Shown piece after piece: positions 26,101 to 40,231 of a stretch of 64,000 bases of DNA. Location: the NCBI GenBank assembly GCA_028023455.1, contig JAQFVV010000005.1:22506001-22570000 (forward strand). Direction: 5' to 3'. Origin of the DNA: Epiperipatus broadwayi. Its lineage: Eukaryota > Animalia > Onychophora. The notes beneath the pieces were generated by a model. The model saw only the letters and a program-made list of their open reading frames with translations, searched no databases and was not told the origin of the DNA. Both the position numbers and the translations under genes were made by a program. Positions within the stretch are counted from its first letter, which is position 1. The number at the start of each line of letters is the position of its first letter.

Positions 26101-28170
26101 AGACCCATGAATCTAAGAGGGCACCCCCAAAGTACAAATAACAACTAATAACAGTTAATATTTAAAGTATTTAATAAACAATAATTAACAGAGGTTTAAC
26201 TATTTATATATATACAATTTATTTATATAAGAAGGCCCAGAGGCATACATAAATTATAATATAGATCAATACGATCTGTATTGTTCTTAGCTTGCTTTTG
26301 GTACCTTGGGAGGCAAGTTCTCTGCAGTATAAGTTCTTTGTGCATGTGGTGACTTCCAGAACTGATGATTCAAAGTCCATCTGCACTGAGTGAGCTCCAA
26401 ACAGCAAATGTTTGTTTTATTTTCTCTCTGGGTCTCTGTAATTTAAGTTCACTTATGCTGCTGATTGGTTCATCTTCTGATCCAGCTGATAAAATAATTA
26501 CTTTACTTTTTCTATCTGTCTCTTGGATCGGAGAATTTAATCTTTTGTTTTACACAAGTGAAAAGTCATTTTTAGGTATCTGCCATAGTTATCAATGAAT
26601 AAATCAGGAACTCTGATTTATTCAATTATTAACCTTTTGAACTACAATTATTTTACTTAGATTAGTTACTTCGATCATTAATCTTTTTTATTGCTTTTGT
26701 TTTTAAAATAGCTTTTTATTTTCTGATCACCTCGCTATTTTACTTTGTACATTTTAATTTTTAATAAATCTTTAGTATAATTATATTTTTTTTTACATTT
26801 TGCATTTATTTACATTTACACATTTGTATATGCATTTAAACATATGCATACATAACAGGAATATAAGAGATAGCTTATTATCTTGCAGTGATTTGTGTAT
26901 TAATGACTGACCGTGTACTCATACCATCAGGAGGCTGGATCCACATGCTTAATGTACTTCATCAAGGTCATCCTGAAGTCATGCATATGAGAGCTTTAAT
27001 TAAATCATAGTCTGGTGGCTAAATCTGAGTGGTGAAATAGAACAAATGGTAATGAAGTGTGTAAGTTTTCGATCACCCGCTAAATTGCCCTCTAAAAAAC
27101 TTGGTCTATGGAATCCTTGGAAACGTGCAGGACCAGTGCAAGGATATATAATTTTTATAGTTATTGATACATTTTCTCATTGGACCATATGAATACAGAA
27201 TGTACAATTAAAATGCTTAGAAATTTTTGCTATACCAAGTTATTTGGAAATTGTTATAATTGATAATGGGATCAGATTTGCCTTTCTGCAATTTATGGAC
27301 TAGTTAGATGAAAAAAAAATATGGCACATTTTACTCCACCTTATCATCCTGGGAGTAATGTCATAGCTGAGAATACTGTTCACTATTTGAAACATTGAAC
27401 AAAACTTGTTATAAGGCTTTACTAGAAGCATTAGTTGATGGGCTGTGTTCTATCAATGCTACTACATCTGCAGCTACTAACAAGACACTGACTGAGTAAT
27501 TAATGCATAGACATTTTGCACTCACTAAGTTGTTGCCAACTGCGACTGAAAAATTTAAGGACAGTTTTGATTATTGTGAAAAATTGGAGGGGTGTGAGGA
27601 TACACAGCCATGAGTGATATTGAAAATTTTGTCAAGGTAACTACGACTGGAAAAACTAGAAAATGGAAGTGAAAAGAGAAGACATGTAAATCATTTACAA
27701 TGTTATCCAATATGAGTCATTTGAGAGTGACATTTTTGAAAGTAAATTAGCAAAGAATGAAGAAAATTCAGAAATGAAGGAAGTGGAGCAAAAAAATAAA
27801 AAATTGACAAGAGACCAAGTGGACAAAAATTATCACAGTATAGAACAAATAATTCAGTCTGGGGAAAATCACATTATTCCTCGACTACTACAACAAGAAG
27901 CAGAACAAACTATAACAATTTCACAAGAGGAAGAAGAAAGACTTATTCCTAAAAAGACATATGTAGGAAACCTGTTAGATTAATGGACTATATATGTGAT
28001 TGAAAGTATTATTTCTAGAAGAGGAGGATTGGAATGTCTATGCATGTATTATATAGATACAGATTGTAAATAAAATGGATTTCATAAATATGTAAATACA
28101 TACAGATAACTATTGAATTAATTATTTTAATGTGTTCTAGAATAAATCTACATATGCTAATATTAATTAT
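23177..28170 (+). mobile_element. Decayed Gypsy (Mag-like) LTR retrotransposon with partial LTRs
   Basis: LTR-like tggaatgtct..tatatagat..gattgtaaataaaa at 23177 and 28030. PPT agaagaggagga before 28030. gag ATG 23268, zinc knuckles near 23880-23950, protease LEMNRGTGPS, RNase H DASEYGIG, integrase TPPYHPGSN. Confidence 0.88.
26035..26857 (-). mobile_element. Solo LTR (823 bp) inserted between RNase H and integrase of the second Gypsy element
   Basis: TG...CA termini, perfect 5-bp TSD GGAAT at 26030-26034 and 26858-26862. Confidence 0.85.
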
Positions 28171-29581
28171 TTTCAAGTACAATAAATAGATTATTAATGT
28201 AAACTAGCCAGTTATATGTAAAGATCAGATTTACATAAAAAAAGAGGTCTAAAACTACGATTAGTAGAGAGATGGCTGATTAGAGTATTAAAAGTATATG
28301 TGCTATATACGTACAAAGAAAACTTGGAAAAAAATATGATCGTAAGACTTTTAATAACAGTTTGTCCACTAAAGTAAAACATTGAATTTCCAGAATAGTA
28401 ATTATTCAGGAAAGCAAAATACACATATATAACAGTAACAAGCACACGTGTGTAAAAGTTTTTGTAATTAAAACACATAATGTTGCTTATAGTATCCTGT
28501 GTATGAGAGAAGCAAAAGACGCAACTAGAGGATTAATAATAGATAGTATTTAGTTTTTAAGGAATTCCGAATTATTTATTTCTTATTTATTTGTATTTAT
28601 TATTATTAAGTCAATTCTTTTGTTACTAAACTTGTCTTAATTTATTTAAAGTTGTTGGTGTTCTTCCAACTGCTGTCTAATTAATACCCTCAGGACATAG
28701 CGTAACAAAATCTTTGAGTTAGCATCTTCATGACTTCGCTACTAACCTCAAAGTTTCAGTTTGATCTCAGATTAAATTTAGATAAGATTTACAAAACTTC
28801 CTTTCAACATTTTTCAGTTAGTAGTGTTTTTTTTGTATGTTTCTGTACACATTGAAAAATGCCGGAAGTCATTGTAGTATAGATATTGTGTAATTTTTTA
28901 GTGTAAAGATAAAATCCTATTCTTGAAAATGTACTCTTTGAACATGTAAATATCTTTGATATAAAATAGATGTCACAGAAAGTGATGGAAGAGATTGATT
29001 CTGGAGAAAGATATTTTTTATAGCTTTATCACAATGCTCTTGAATTGAAACTTTTTTTTAGTTATAAATAATACTTTACAAAATCTTTCAGCGTTCGTAT
29101 AACTATTAGATGGAAAGAAATAGTAACCTATTATGTATAATGATAAAGTAATTTTATTGTTTTATTATTGAGAACATTTATGGAAGAATGTTTTGAATCA
29201 ACAATATAATTTTTCTAGCAGATAATTAAGACTTAATGATCATTCCATTTTTCATATTGCTAATCATAGTAAATATTTTAATGGAGTTTTTTTTTTGTAG
29301 CAATTAAATCTGACTTCCATCATATAACCTTCTTATAAAAATGTGATTGGCAAACACCCATTGATTTCAATTTTAGCATTCATCTCCAGATACTTTTTTG
29401 TACATAATGAACTCTGAGTCAGTTCATGATCATAAATTCTACCACATGCTTTCTTTAGACATCATCTCAATATTTAGAGATACCACTAATAACTTGAAAA
29501 GAGACAGAAATTCAAATTTAAAAATCTTTCAGTGACTATTTAAATTTTGTTCTTAAAATAATGCACATATATTAATTTCTA

Positions 29582-29840
29582 AACAGGAAAAACTCTCCAT
29601 ACAGTAGTGTCACCCTGTGTCAACCAGAGTAATCAATGGATGCCAGAAGGCTAGTGCATAAAATCCCCATCTAGTGCCTACTCATCCAATATCCCCAAAC
29701 TAGTTTCTGGCTTGTGGCCCTTGTCAATGAGGAGACTTGGATCTGAAAGCACTGCACCTATTGTATGGAGAGTTTTGCCTGTTTAATAACAGTTATGTGC
29801 TAACATAAGAGATGGTGTTCATGTGATGTTTAATGGTTTA
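29582..29840 (+). mobile_element. HHR-family palindromic retroelement copy
   Basis: Arms aaacagg(a/c)aaaactctccataca; tail ...catgtgatgtttaatggttt; 13-bp TSD atattaatttcta at 29569-29581 and 29841-29853. Confidence 0.88.
29692..29733 (-). ncRNA. Minimal type I hammerhead ribozyme variant (U3-A8 core, GUU site)
   Basis: Minus strand TCCTCA TTGACAA GGGC CACAA GCCA GAAAC TA GTT TGGGGA. Confidence 0.65.
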
Positions 29841-31096
29841 ATATTAATTTCTAGTTACAGGTTTGTTTGTTTTTTAATTTTTAAAGTTTTGGATTTTAAC
29901 AATAAATCTGTTGTTCTTCTATTATAAATTCAATATCTGCTGAAAATTTTAAAAAAACATTAATTTTGCTATCAATTGTTTTATATAAATACTTTTTTTT
30001 AGTATTGTATACATTTATTTTATTAATAACAATATAACTCTCTAAATTAACAGAATATGCTTATGTTTATTTTGGCACAAAATTTTTAAATAACTGTAGT
30101 GAAAACATTTTGTAATTTTGTTCTGCATAATAAGTTTTGAAGTGTTTGGATTAATGCTAATCTGCCTGTTCTTAAGAACCATTGTATTTTAAAAACTTTC
30201 AAATTTCTTTTTTCTGATATCAATCATACATGGAAATTTATCACTTGCGGGCTTCTTGGGGGTTCTTGATGGTACTGCAGCATTGCCTAGCGGCCACAGT
30301 ACACATAACATTAAACTACCATATCATATTTTATCAACATACATATAATTTAATCAAATTTTAAATGTAATTATTCTTTAAAATTTGAAAAACAACAATA
30401 CTGTTTTATTTTTGTGTTTAAAATTTTTAATTGGTTAGAAAATGTAAAATAAAACAATAATAAGAATAAGTAATGTTTTCAATTTTTAAATTACATTACT
30501 TATATATTTTAGGAAACATTTTATATGCTTTTATCAAAAATTACATAAATTGATTAATTAGTAGTAATATAATGTGCATTCTACCAAATTTATTGATTTA
30601 TATATCATTTAACATTGAGCACAAGAAAACCTAAACAATAAAAAATAAAATATCTATATATATTCTTGAATTTACATTTACAAGAATATGTTAAAATTAA
30701 AAAAGTTATTTGTTTACCAAAACAGTACTAATCATTTAAGAAATTAATACATCAATGAAAAATTAAATGTATACAAATATTCAAATCCATAACAAATTTT
30801 CACAGTTATTGTTGAATTTACAATGAGTGTATTTTAAATATTGTTTTTATTTATATACATATTTTATGCATGATTTACTTTTTGTTTTTCTTTATTTACT
30901 ACACTTTTTTTTTTGTAAAATATGTTATTTTCTTCATTTTCTACAATATAGAGTTGTAACAGTAAATTAAAAAAAGAAATTCTATCATAAATTCAAAAAT
31001 AAATGCAGACATTTTTTATGGATTTTCATTTTTCCACACATTTGATTTGTCATCAATGTTTTTGTTGTTGTTAAATAATTGATAGTGTTTTGTAAA

Positions 31097-31290
31097 AAAA
31101 CCACTTATTTATAAGTAAGTTTTAGTGGAAAAGATATATATTAAATGTTAATATCGATCCATGCCTCATAATCATAGCCATCATAAAAAATGTATAATAA
31201 AATATGAGGCATGGATCTTCGAAAATGTTAAGCCGATTAATATTTAATTTATATCTTCTCCACTAAAACTTACTTATAAATAAGTGTTTT
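31097..31290. repeat. Imperfect palindrome (about 60-bp outer arms with an inner inverted repeat)
   Basis: cacttatttataagtaagttttagtgga / tccactaaaacttacttataaataagtg; inner gatccatgcctcata / tatgaggcatggatc. Confidence 0.85.
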
Positions 31291-31891
31291 GTTTACATAA
31301 TATTCAAAAGTAAAACTATATTTATGATAGTGTTTTGATAAATAAATTATTTTTATTGCAGAGTATGTTATTTTTTTGATTTTATTTAATATATTTTTCT
31401 AATCATAAATTTAATAATAAATGGGGATGTTTTCGTTTTTATCGATTAGTTTTCTTTTTTGATCTGTGCTAAGTACTATATAGCTTCATCAAGCAAATAA
31501 CTATATTCTAATTAATTTTTACAATTGTATTTAAATTATATTATTACATTGAAAAGGATTGAAAAATGATTAAAAGTGGGAGATGAAAAGAAGTGCAGTA
31601 AATTTTTATCTATGATTAATTTCAGAAATAATAAATTTGAAGATTTTTAAAGAAAATGATGATTTTTTAAGTTTTATAAGAAAGTGTTAATACAACATTG
31701 TTTGGGATCTGTATATTTTCCATTTTTCTACAAATAATTCACTGGCAATTATAATATTGTATTATACGATTTATTTATTTTTTTATAATATTATTGTAAG
31801 AAATTCATTTTATAAATATATTTTTAAAATTTTTATATATTATAAAAATGGTTGTCTTTATTTTTGAGATATTTCTTGTTGTTTATTGTAG

Positions 31892-32008
31892 CTCTCACTG
31901 ATTGCTCCACTATTGATTGTGGACCGGGTATTCCTTGCCAAATAGTTGATGGTCGTGCATTTTGTAATTGTGTGAATGGCAGACAATGGGATCCTGTTAC
32001 TTTATGTG
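31892..32008 (+). CDS. EGF-like exon E: LTDCSTIDCGPGIPCQIVDGRAFCNCVNGRQWDPVTLC
   Basis: ttgtag acceptor, gtaact donor at 32009, 117 bp, 6 Cys. Confidence 0.88.
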
Positions 32009-33528
32009 GTAACTATGTTTTCAAATTCTATGTAATAGACTTGTATATAGATTCACTACAAAAAGAAACATATTCTCTTAGAAATAAAATAAAAATCAAA
32101 TTAATTATCAAAGTACTTTTAAAAAATTTTTTTTAAATGATATAAGTGATTTACATTTTTAAAAATGTAAGATTTAATCTACATTTGTTGCTTGGAAAGT
32201 CATGTGATATTTAGAACACCAGTAGTGAGAGTTGATCTTCAATCCAGAAAGCTTTAGCTTCCAAGTGTATCATTGCATTAAATTGTTCAATATATTTGTA
32301 ATAGCAGAATGACAGCTAATAGTTTCCGGATTAATAATCGATCTATTTTATTGGTACATAAACATTACACAATCTTTCAAGGGAACTATTATTAGTCCAT
32401 ATATCATTTAAACTAAAGATACTTCTTTTAGTAAAATTTCAGATTGGAATTTGAGATCCTCAGATCAATTCCAGTTCTGTCAGTCAAATTTTTTATAAAC
32501 TTTTGAGCAATAAAGCCATCCAATTATATATTTTATAATTTAATTGAAGTATATAATATTAAAGTATCATGATTTTATTACTTTGTTTATTAGCTAAGAT
32601 TGACTTGCGTAAGAAACTGAAGGCTTTTGAAATTATTAAAGCTGTTAATTTGAGCTTATGCAAGTATGACTTCAGGTTGAATACATCGAACATAGCAGCT
32701 CATATTTGAAGAACGTATTGTTGAAAGAATACTTGTACTGACAACTAGATTGGTTTCGTAGTACAGAATGAAAGATTAAGTGCTATTTATTTAGAAAATC
32801 TATGGTACTTTTAGATGAAGAAATTATCAATTACTTGCTCGGAGAATGACAAATCAGTCCTCTTCCAAAAAACTTGACATTCCAATGATGTTGTTAAAAA
32901 AAAAAATCACATAAGATTTATATAACATTGTAGATACACTTATTTATCCTGAGAAAATAATCTTGCAATGGCAGTAAAACTATTTATTTATTATATATTT
33001 TTAAACATGGTTGTCTAATATCCTTGAAGATCATCCCGCTTATAAGGCATTGAAATATAGGAATAAAAATATAAAATGTTAGTGTTTTAAATAAAATATA
33101 CAAAAAAGTGTAAATACAGAAATAATAAATATATATAATAATCTAGATAGATTTTTTGGTTATGATGTAATCAGAAGCACGACTAATTAAAACTGGAATA
33201 GCAAATTGAAACCAAGTGAGGCAAATAACAGTATAACTTATCTGAGCAACTTTAAGTTAAGATATGGACTTCAGTTACAGGTAATTTTGTGAGAGTAGTA
33301 AATGCTCTATTGGATTTGCTAGATCACATGACTTCATCTTGCTTTTTCAGTTTTAATTAGTTGTAACTTTGATTTCTTCTTAACTGCATTATTTTACAAG
33401 ATTAAACATGGAAATTAACATTGAATGTTTACACCTGTAAAGCCATGAAAGTCTTTAATATATATATATGTCTAATTTTTTTATTAATAAATGGGTCATT
33501 ATATATCTTTGTATAATGTATTTTTTAG

Positions 33529-33666
33529 AACGTATTGAAATTCCAGTCAATGAGTCAAGTTGCACAAATTTTAAATGTGGTTTGAGTGCTAGATGCATTA
33601 TGAGAAATAATCATCCAGAATGTGTCTGTCCTGATGGGTTCACTGGAAATCCAAAGGAAGAATGCT
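33529..33666 (+). CDS. EGF-like exon F: RIEIPVNESSCTNFKCGLSARCIMRNNHPECVCPDGFTGNPKEEC
   Basis: ttttttag acceptor, gtaaat donor at 33667, 138 bp, 6 Cys. Confidence 0.92.
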
Positions 33667-36339
33667 GTAAATACCTTTTTTTTTAATATTTTAACTTTTT
33701 TATATCATCATAGTTAAGTTATTATTTGTTATTGTAGATTTAATTTTATCATTTTAAATAGCCAAAAATGTAATTTTAATTATCCAGTAGTCTCCCAAAT
33801 AATGGTGAATGTATTATAATTTACATTTTTAATAGATATATATATGTAGATGCACATACATATGTATATTATATAACTTATCAACTTTAAATATAATTGA
33901 TAATGGACGAATTAATTTTAAATAAAATTTATCACAACATCAAACTAGTTTTCATTCCTTACAAGAATCTTTTCAAGATGTTCACATAACATAATTATAG
34001 TAAGATTGTATTTATTTTATTTTATATTGTTAATAATCACTAGGAGAAATTTTATAATAATTTGGTCATGTGACCAAATGACTGGTAAACATCTCCATGA
34101 GGAATGTAATCTAGTTTGATGTTATAGACATTCTAATGTTTAAAACTGATCATTTGGAATGTCACTTGTACATACATAGTAAAAACGTATAGCACAAATG
34201 TGTGTGTGTGTGTACATATTGTATATGCACATTAAGCAAAAAATCAAAATTTAGTTTTTTATTAATTTCTAATTATTATTTTTTTTATAGATAGTTTATT
34301 GACTTTTTTTTTTAATTGCAAACAATTGATGAAACCATAGAAATGGAAATAATGGATCCATGGGGAATTTTTTATTATATACTTTGCCTTGATACTGTAG
34401 TAAAGTGGCAGACTGCTTTTTTACTTCCTGTACTTTATCTCTATAACCATTCCTGAACAATTCAATTATTTATTTTGTTTATTAAAGTTTATAATAATGT
34501 TATTATTTCTATTTGAGAGTTCAACTTATATTTCTGCTTATTTTATACTGTCCATCATAGTAGCTTAAAAATGACTTTTATTAAGTCTCTTCTTTGCCAT
34601 TTTTATGTATACCATATTTATAAACCTTTTAATATGAACTTCCCTTATCCTGCTCTTCTAACTTTTGCTACAATCTTCTATATTTGTGAAAGATTTTAAT
34701 TCTTATAGTGATTTTTGGGAGTTCTCAAATGTCAAAATTGGTGGTTTTAAACTGCTGCACATATTAAAGAATGTCAAACACAGAGAAGAGAAATCTTTAC
34801 TTTATACTTGTTTCAAAAAAAAAAAGCTCATCGTTACCTGATGACCTACTAATATTGAGTTTTTTCTTCCTGCATACGCATAAATCAAATCTTATTACTC
34901 TTAGAAATTACTTTTTCATACTTGAAGTGGAATTTAGGAATAGCTATCTGAAATCAATTGTAACGATATATAAATATGCCATTACATTAATTTAAAATAA
35001 AAACTAAGTTCGCAAATAAAAATAAATTTATGAAAAATCTAAAAGCTAAAAAAAAATTAAAAAGTTGTTAAACATATATTCGCACAGATGCAAAACTTTA
35101 AAAATATTTTTTTTTTACTAAATAAAAGTATTTGAACGTACTTTGTTATAAAAAAGTCCAAGATTTAAAGATAAAATATTTTTGTAAATGGAAATGATTG
35201 TTTTATAAATTAATTGAAAAGCAAAATGGCCCTTGGGGCTCTTATACACTGTAATTAAAAAGTCAGAGGATAAGATGGATAAGAGAATAAAAAGAATTAG
35301 CTTGACCAATGGAAGCACCAAGCCTCAGCCTGAACCCGAATGAAAATGATTGGAACAATGACGTTTTGTTTTTTGAATCCTGAGGATTACTATAAAAAGA
35401 GAAATATTGAGTTCCAACTTGATTTTGTGAGAAGAACGATAAGACGCACTTGTCGTTCTCTCTCACTTATTTTAAAAATGAAATGACTGAAATACCAGGA
35501 ATGAACCAGCTGAGGCCTCCTTCAGGAACAACAGACCGGACTTTTCTACTGTAAGATATAAAAGGAAAATTTTTTACTAAAAGTAATTAAGAACTTTAAA
35601 GATTTGATCAGCTAATCTAAATTTTAAAAAAGAACTTTTATCTGACTTATGTTTCAAATTAATTATAAATGTTTAATTTTTACATATTTGTTTGCTAAAA
35701 AAAAATCATTTTCATTTTATTATTTTTTATTTGTATTAATATTTCCTGTTTAAATTTAAATGCATAAATTTAAGTTGGGTATGGACGTTGCATGGATTCG
35801 TTAGCGATTGATTATGTTGTGGTTTTCATATTCGATTAGAATATATAAGTCATCGATGTCAATGCGGCATCTTATGATGAATGCCATTGTGTTTCTTCTA
35901 TTCCCTCTGCAAGTGATGTTATCAATGACTTTGTATTTTGATCGGTTATGTTTAGTTTGAAATGTTTTTAACCGTGGAATTTATGCAGCCGATCTATATT
36001 CAACATTATAAAACAAATTTTATAAAATTCATCTGTCCGAATTTAAATAAATGTTAAATTTAAGTTGGGCATGAATGGCTATATAGATTTGTAAAGTTAT
36101 ATTAATTAATTAAGGGAGGGTAATCTTAGGTTATTTGTTTCGTAGTTAAATTGGGTTAATGGATTAGATGTATTGATGTAATTAGTAAATGTAGCATGAG
36201 ATCCGCTATGGGCAGGATTGAATATATACGCCACACACCTTCTGTTTGCCTGTGTATGGGATTGTAAGTCGGCAAAAAGGACCGCAGTCCATTCCTATGG
36301 AGTTTTTTTTTATTGCTCTTCTCACCAGATAGATGTAAT

Positions 36340-36560
36340 ATTCCTATCTGGACGAGAGGCAATTTCTTCTCTTTAACCATGCTGTTCAGACGTACATTCC
36401 TGACAGTATGGTTTGTGTTGTCGTATTTCATGTTGCATTGAATACATCGATATATCAGATAGATTGGCGTTGGTTTGACTGCGAACTTTTGGCCTAAGGT
36501 TAAATAAGGGATAGAATATTTTCTTTTCAAATGCAGATCTATGTAGTCTATTCATACTCG
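36340..36560 (-). mobile_element. Possible remnant of a piggyBac-like transposase C-terminal Cys-rich domain
   Basis: Across a frameshift the minus strand gives YRCIQC..K / RQHKPYCQEC (CxxC...YCxxC); no termini established. Confidence 0.3.
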
Positions 36561-38853
36561 ACGATCTCTATAAAAAAATATTAAGTTTATTCACACGCGA
36601 CAATCTTAAAACAAATATAAATTTCATCTCTGTAGATGATTTAAAATTTTAAAATAATAAGTTAAATTAAAAGAATGTTAAAATCTAAAATAATAAATAT
36701 TATTCCTCAAAATTTAAAATGATTCAAAATTTATATGTGCATAAATAAATGTTTGTGTGTTAATTACTGACAGTGGCTTTTATTTTTTTATATTTAAGAT
36801 ATAAAATAAAGATATAGATTATTATCTCTGCATCTCCACTGAGCTAGTGACAGTGGGCTAACGGTCTAAAATATAAAATAAAGTGGGATCTTAACTTACA
36901 TATCTGCCTACTATATAAATTTTTCTAGGTTCAAATGCCTAGAGTGGCACCTTGTAGTGCAGATTGCAGTAAGATTCAATCTTCACTTTCTTTTGGATCG
37001 TTATACAATATATGATAAGATGGGATTCAAAGCTGGAAATAATTTAGTTACACATTCATCAGCCATCTTTAACTTCTAAAAGTCTGAAAATTCCAAACAC
37101 TAAGATTTACAATCCAAGCCAGCCTGCTTATAAACAGTTATGGAGATTTGATTTCAGCTTCATGTCTTATTGATAAAGTAAAAGCCAAATACTGATCTGG
37201 GATTTAAATGCATTATCATCTGATAATCACAGATTATCAAACGTTACTATAAATAGAGAGCTGTTCTTATATTTTATGTGGGTTGAAGAATTAAATGACT
37301 TGTTGTTATTGAAGTTAATATACTAGAGATAATGCAATGAATATTAATAGAATTCCAATTTAACATACTCATCGCTGGCTGCTCAAGATTTATCCCTTGA
37401 AGATAATGAGAATTATTCATTCAAACTGGAACCAAATCACTAGTTTTTTTTCAGCCAATATTTGTCTACTAAATATTTGAACTTCATTAATAAATTTATA
37501 AAATCTCTGGGTAACATTAGCAAAAAAAATTAAAGGAACAATGGAAAACAAGATCTAGTCTAACGGCCTGCTTGCTTTTACACTGAATTGGTAGATATTT
37601 AAATACCTCTAAAAGATTGCCAATATTAGATCTCTAAATTTAAAATTCACAAAACAAGAAAAAGCATTATCAGAGAAAAACTACAGACTTTTTATTTACA
37701 ATGTTCTTTTAACATCAATCTAATAAACCACTGGATATTTGTCTCAAGTGAGGAAAGGCCACAAAGTTAGGTAGAATATATTCCAAATAATTTAAGACCT
37801 AAATCCACGGTGTGGTTGGTAGAATTATTCTTCAATATTATTCATTTGTAAGCTATTTCCAAAATTTATCATGAAAATAATGCTGAAAGAATAAAATCCA
37901 AATAAATTTAAGACAAATATAAAAAAAAGTATCATCTTTATTATTATACATGATCCCTAAAACATATTTTTAAAAAATTAATCTGAAGAATTGTGATAAT
38001 AGTAGGAAACTATCTACCTTTAGGATAGGAAGGAATTTCTATAAACAACTTTTCTCTTTAACAATTTCCATTAATAAAAACTTTCAAATGGGTTATTGCT
38101 TAGAAGTTCATAAGAAGTTTGGGTATTGGAAGTGACAGCAGAGCCATGATCTTATGGATAGCTTTAGAATCTGCCACTATACCATTGCATTATATCATGC
38201 ATTGAAAAATACATTCAGAATAAATTCAAAATTGGTAATATTTTTATTGATCTAACTTCAATCTTTAGATTGCGTTTGGAAAATACTCTCCTTTTCCCCT
38301 CTAAGCCTCTAGAATCCTTAATTTCATGAAAAACAAAAATTTAATTGACAGTAAATGATTATCTTAGCAGATACAAATGATATGTGATCTGATGTAAAAT
38401 ATCTTCTCCTTAAATAATAGAAGTTTTGGCGTACAAACCATATGTCCAGAAATCCTATTAGATCAAATTAAATAGTCTCTCCCTTCAAAACCTTACATAC
38501 TGCAATAAACTCATCTACTTTTTAATTTTATTATCCAATTATTTTGCCAGACTTGCTTTATTCCTTTTTTTCCTGTTATATAATTTTAATAAAATCTTGT
38601 TTTATTAATTTTTCTTTCCGGTCGTCTTATTCCCATTTTCATTATACAGATCTAAACAAAAAAAAATTAATATCTCCACCTCTTTCACTCTTTGTATCTT
38701 TAAATTTCTCTCACTCCCCATAAAATTTATTTTGATCCATTTTCAACATCATTGATAAACTTATATTGTCTAATATTAGCATTGTTTTAGGGGTATTTCT
38801 ACATCTACCAATCCAGTGTAAAAGTAAGCAGACCTTTAGACTAGATTTATTTA

Positions 38854-40026
38854 CACCTGGGTCTCGTTTTATGCGGATTTTTTTAATGTGATATTGAAGT
38901 TATGCGATTCATATTTCTTATAAAGAAGTTCATATTTCACTATATTTATTAGATATCAAGAAATTTAAATTATTAATAACTTATTTTGACTTCAAATACT
39001 TTTTTTTTTTCAAAAATATAACTGTTATATTAGCAGCTAATGTGAATATGGCCTGAAGCTATTTAGAATCTTACTTATGAGTAAATAATAATAATAGATT
39101 TATACTTATGAATATAAAGATATCGCAATAAATATTCAAAAATTTTAAACTTTTAAAACTTATTTTGTTAGATATAACAAAATAAATACTTTTTTAGATT
39201 TTTAAAAATAATCAGACATAACAAAGATTTTGTTGATTTTATAAACTGAAAATAATTTTTCTAGAAATGATAACATATAAATCTTTTTGTTTTGATTGCG
39301 ATCTCATTTTTTTAATATAGAAACAAAATGTGAACTTTTAAAATTTATTTCAGTAATAAAAAAAATATCTATCAAATGAAGACAAATTTATTTTCTGATA
39401 AGTAAACATCATTTAATCATAGATTTTACATTGATGTATGAGACAAAGAAAAATGTCAGAAAATGCTAAAATCTGAAATAGTTTGCTGCAATGAACAACC
39501 TCTTAAATTCTAATGAGAGCTAGAGTTGTATGTCTGGATATCCTGAGCTTTATAAACAATTAGTAAAATCATTGTCTCAAAGTTTCATCACTGATTATAT
39601 TGAAAATAGAAAACCATTACACACAGCACAAGACCAACAATGGTGCTAGTTGTACTTCCTCTTGGGATGAATCTGATTTCTTACCAGTTCACAAACGAAC
39701 TGCATATTGTCATATAGTGATAATGATTAAAATATGCATGAAAAAATGTAAAATTTAATACTGTAGTTAATAGAAAAGTAAAAAAAGTTTGTCTTGTATC
39801 AATTTTTTTCAAATATTTGAAATTTTTTATTAGTCATACTCTATTTCCTTATTTTTTTAATGCAAATTTTAAAGTAATTTTTTCTTGTTACTTTGCTTTT
39901 ATGCGATTTCTAAAAATTACAGAACATATCCCCCATTTTTCAAGGTAAGTTAAGTCTATTTTTGTGCGATTTTTTTAATGCGAGTTTTCTGCGGAACCAT
40001 CTACCACATAAAATGAGACCCAAGTG
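38854..40026. mobile_element. Non-autonomous Tc1/mariner-superfamily (Tigger/pogo-like) DNA transposon
   Basis: TIRs cacctgggtctcgttttatgcgg / ccacataaaatgagacccaagtg, flanked by TA on both sides. Confidence 0.75.
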
Positions 40027-40231
40027 TATTTATTTAGGCATTGTTGTGGTGCTATGATTTATATATAATAGCCATTGCAATATATAAGATTAAAACTATT
40101 AAATTTCACAGCTAATTAGTTTATATTTCAAAACTATTTATCTTTTATTATTTCATTGATTAACTGTAATAGGAATTTGATATTTTATTTATATATAAAT
40201 AATTATATTTATTCACTTTTACACTAATGAC

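Noticed and set aside
30230-30367. GC-rich island reading MEIYHLRASWGFLMVLQHCLAAT, like a signal-peptide first exon
   Set aside because: That frame offers only weak phase-0 donors (gtactg, gtacac), incompatible with the phase-1 exons. The minus strand begins TGTTATGTG like an LTR end, so a TE remnant is more likely.
37000-38800. Coding-like decayed stretch, possibly a transposase relic
   Set aside because: No motif could be assigned with confidence by eye
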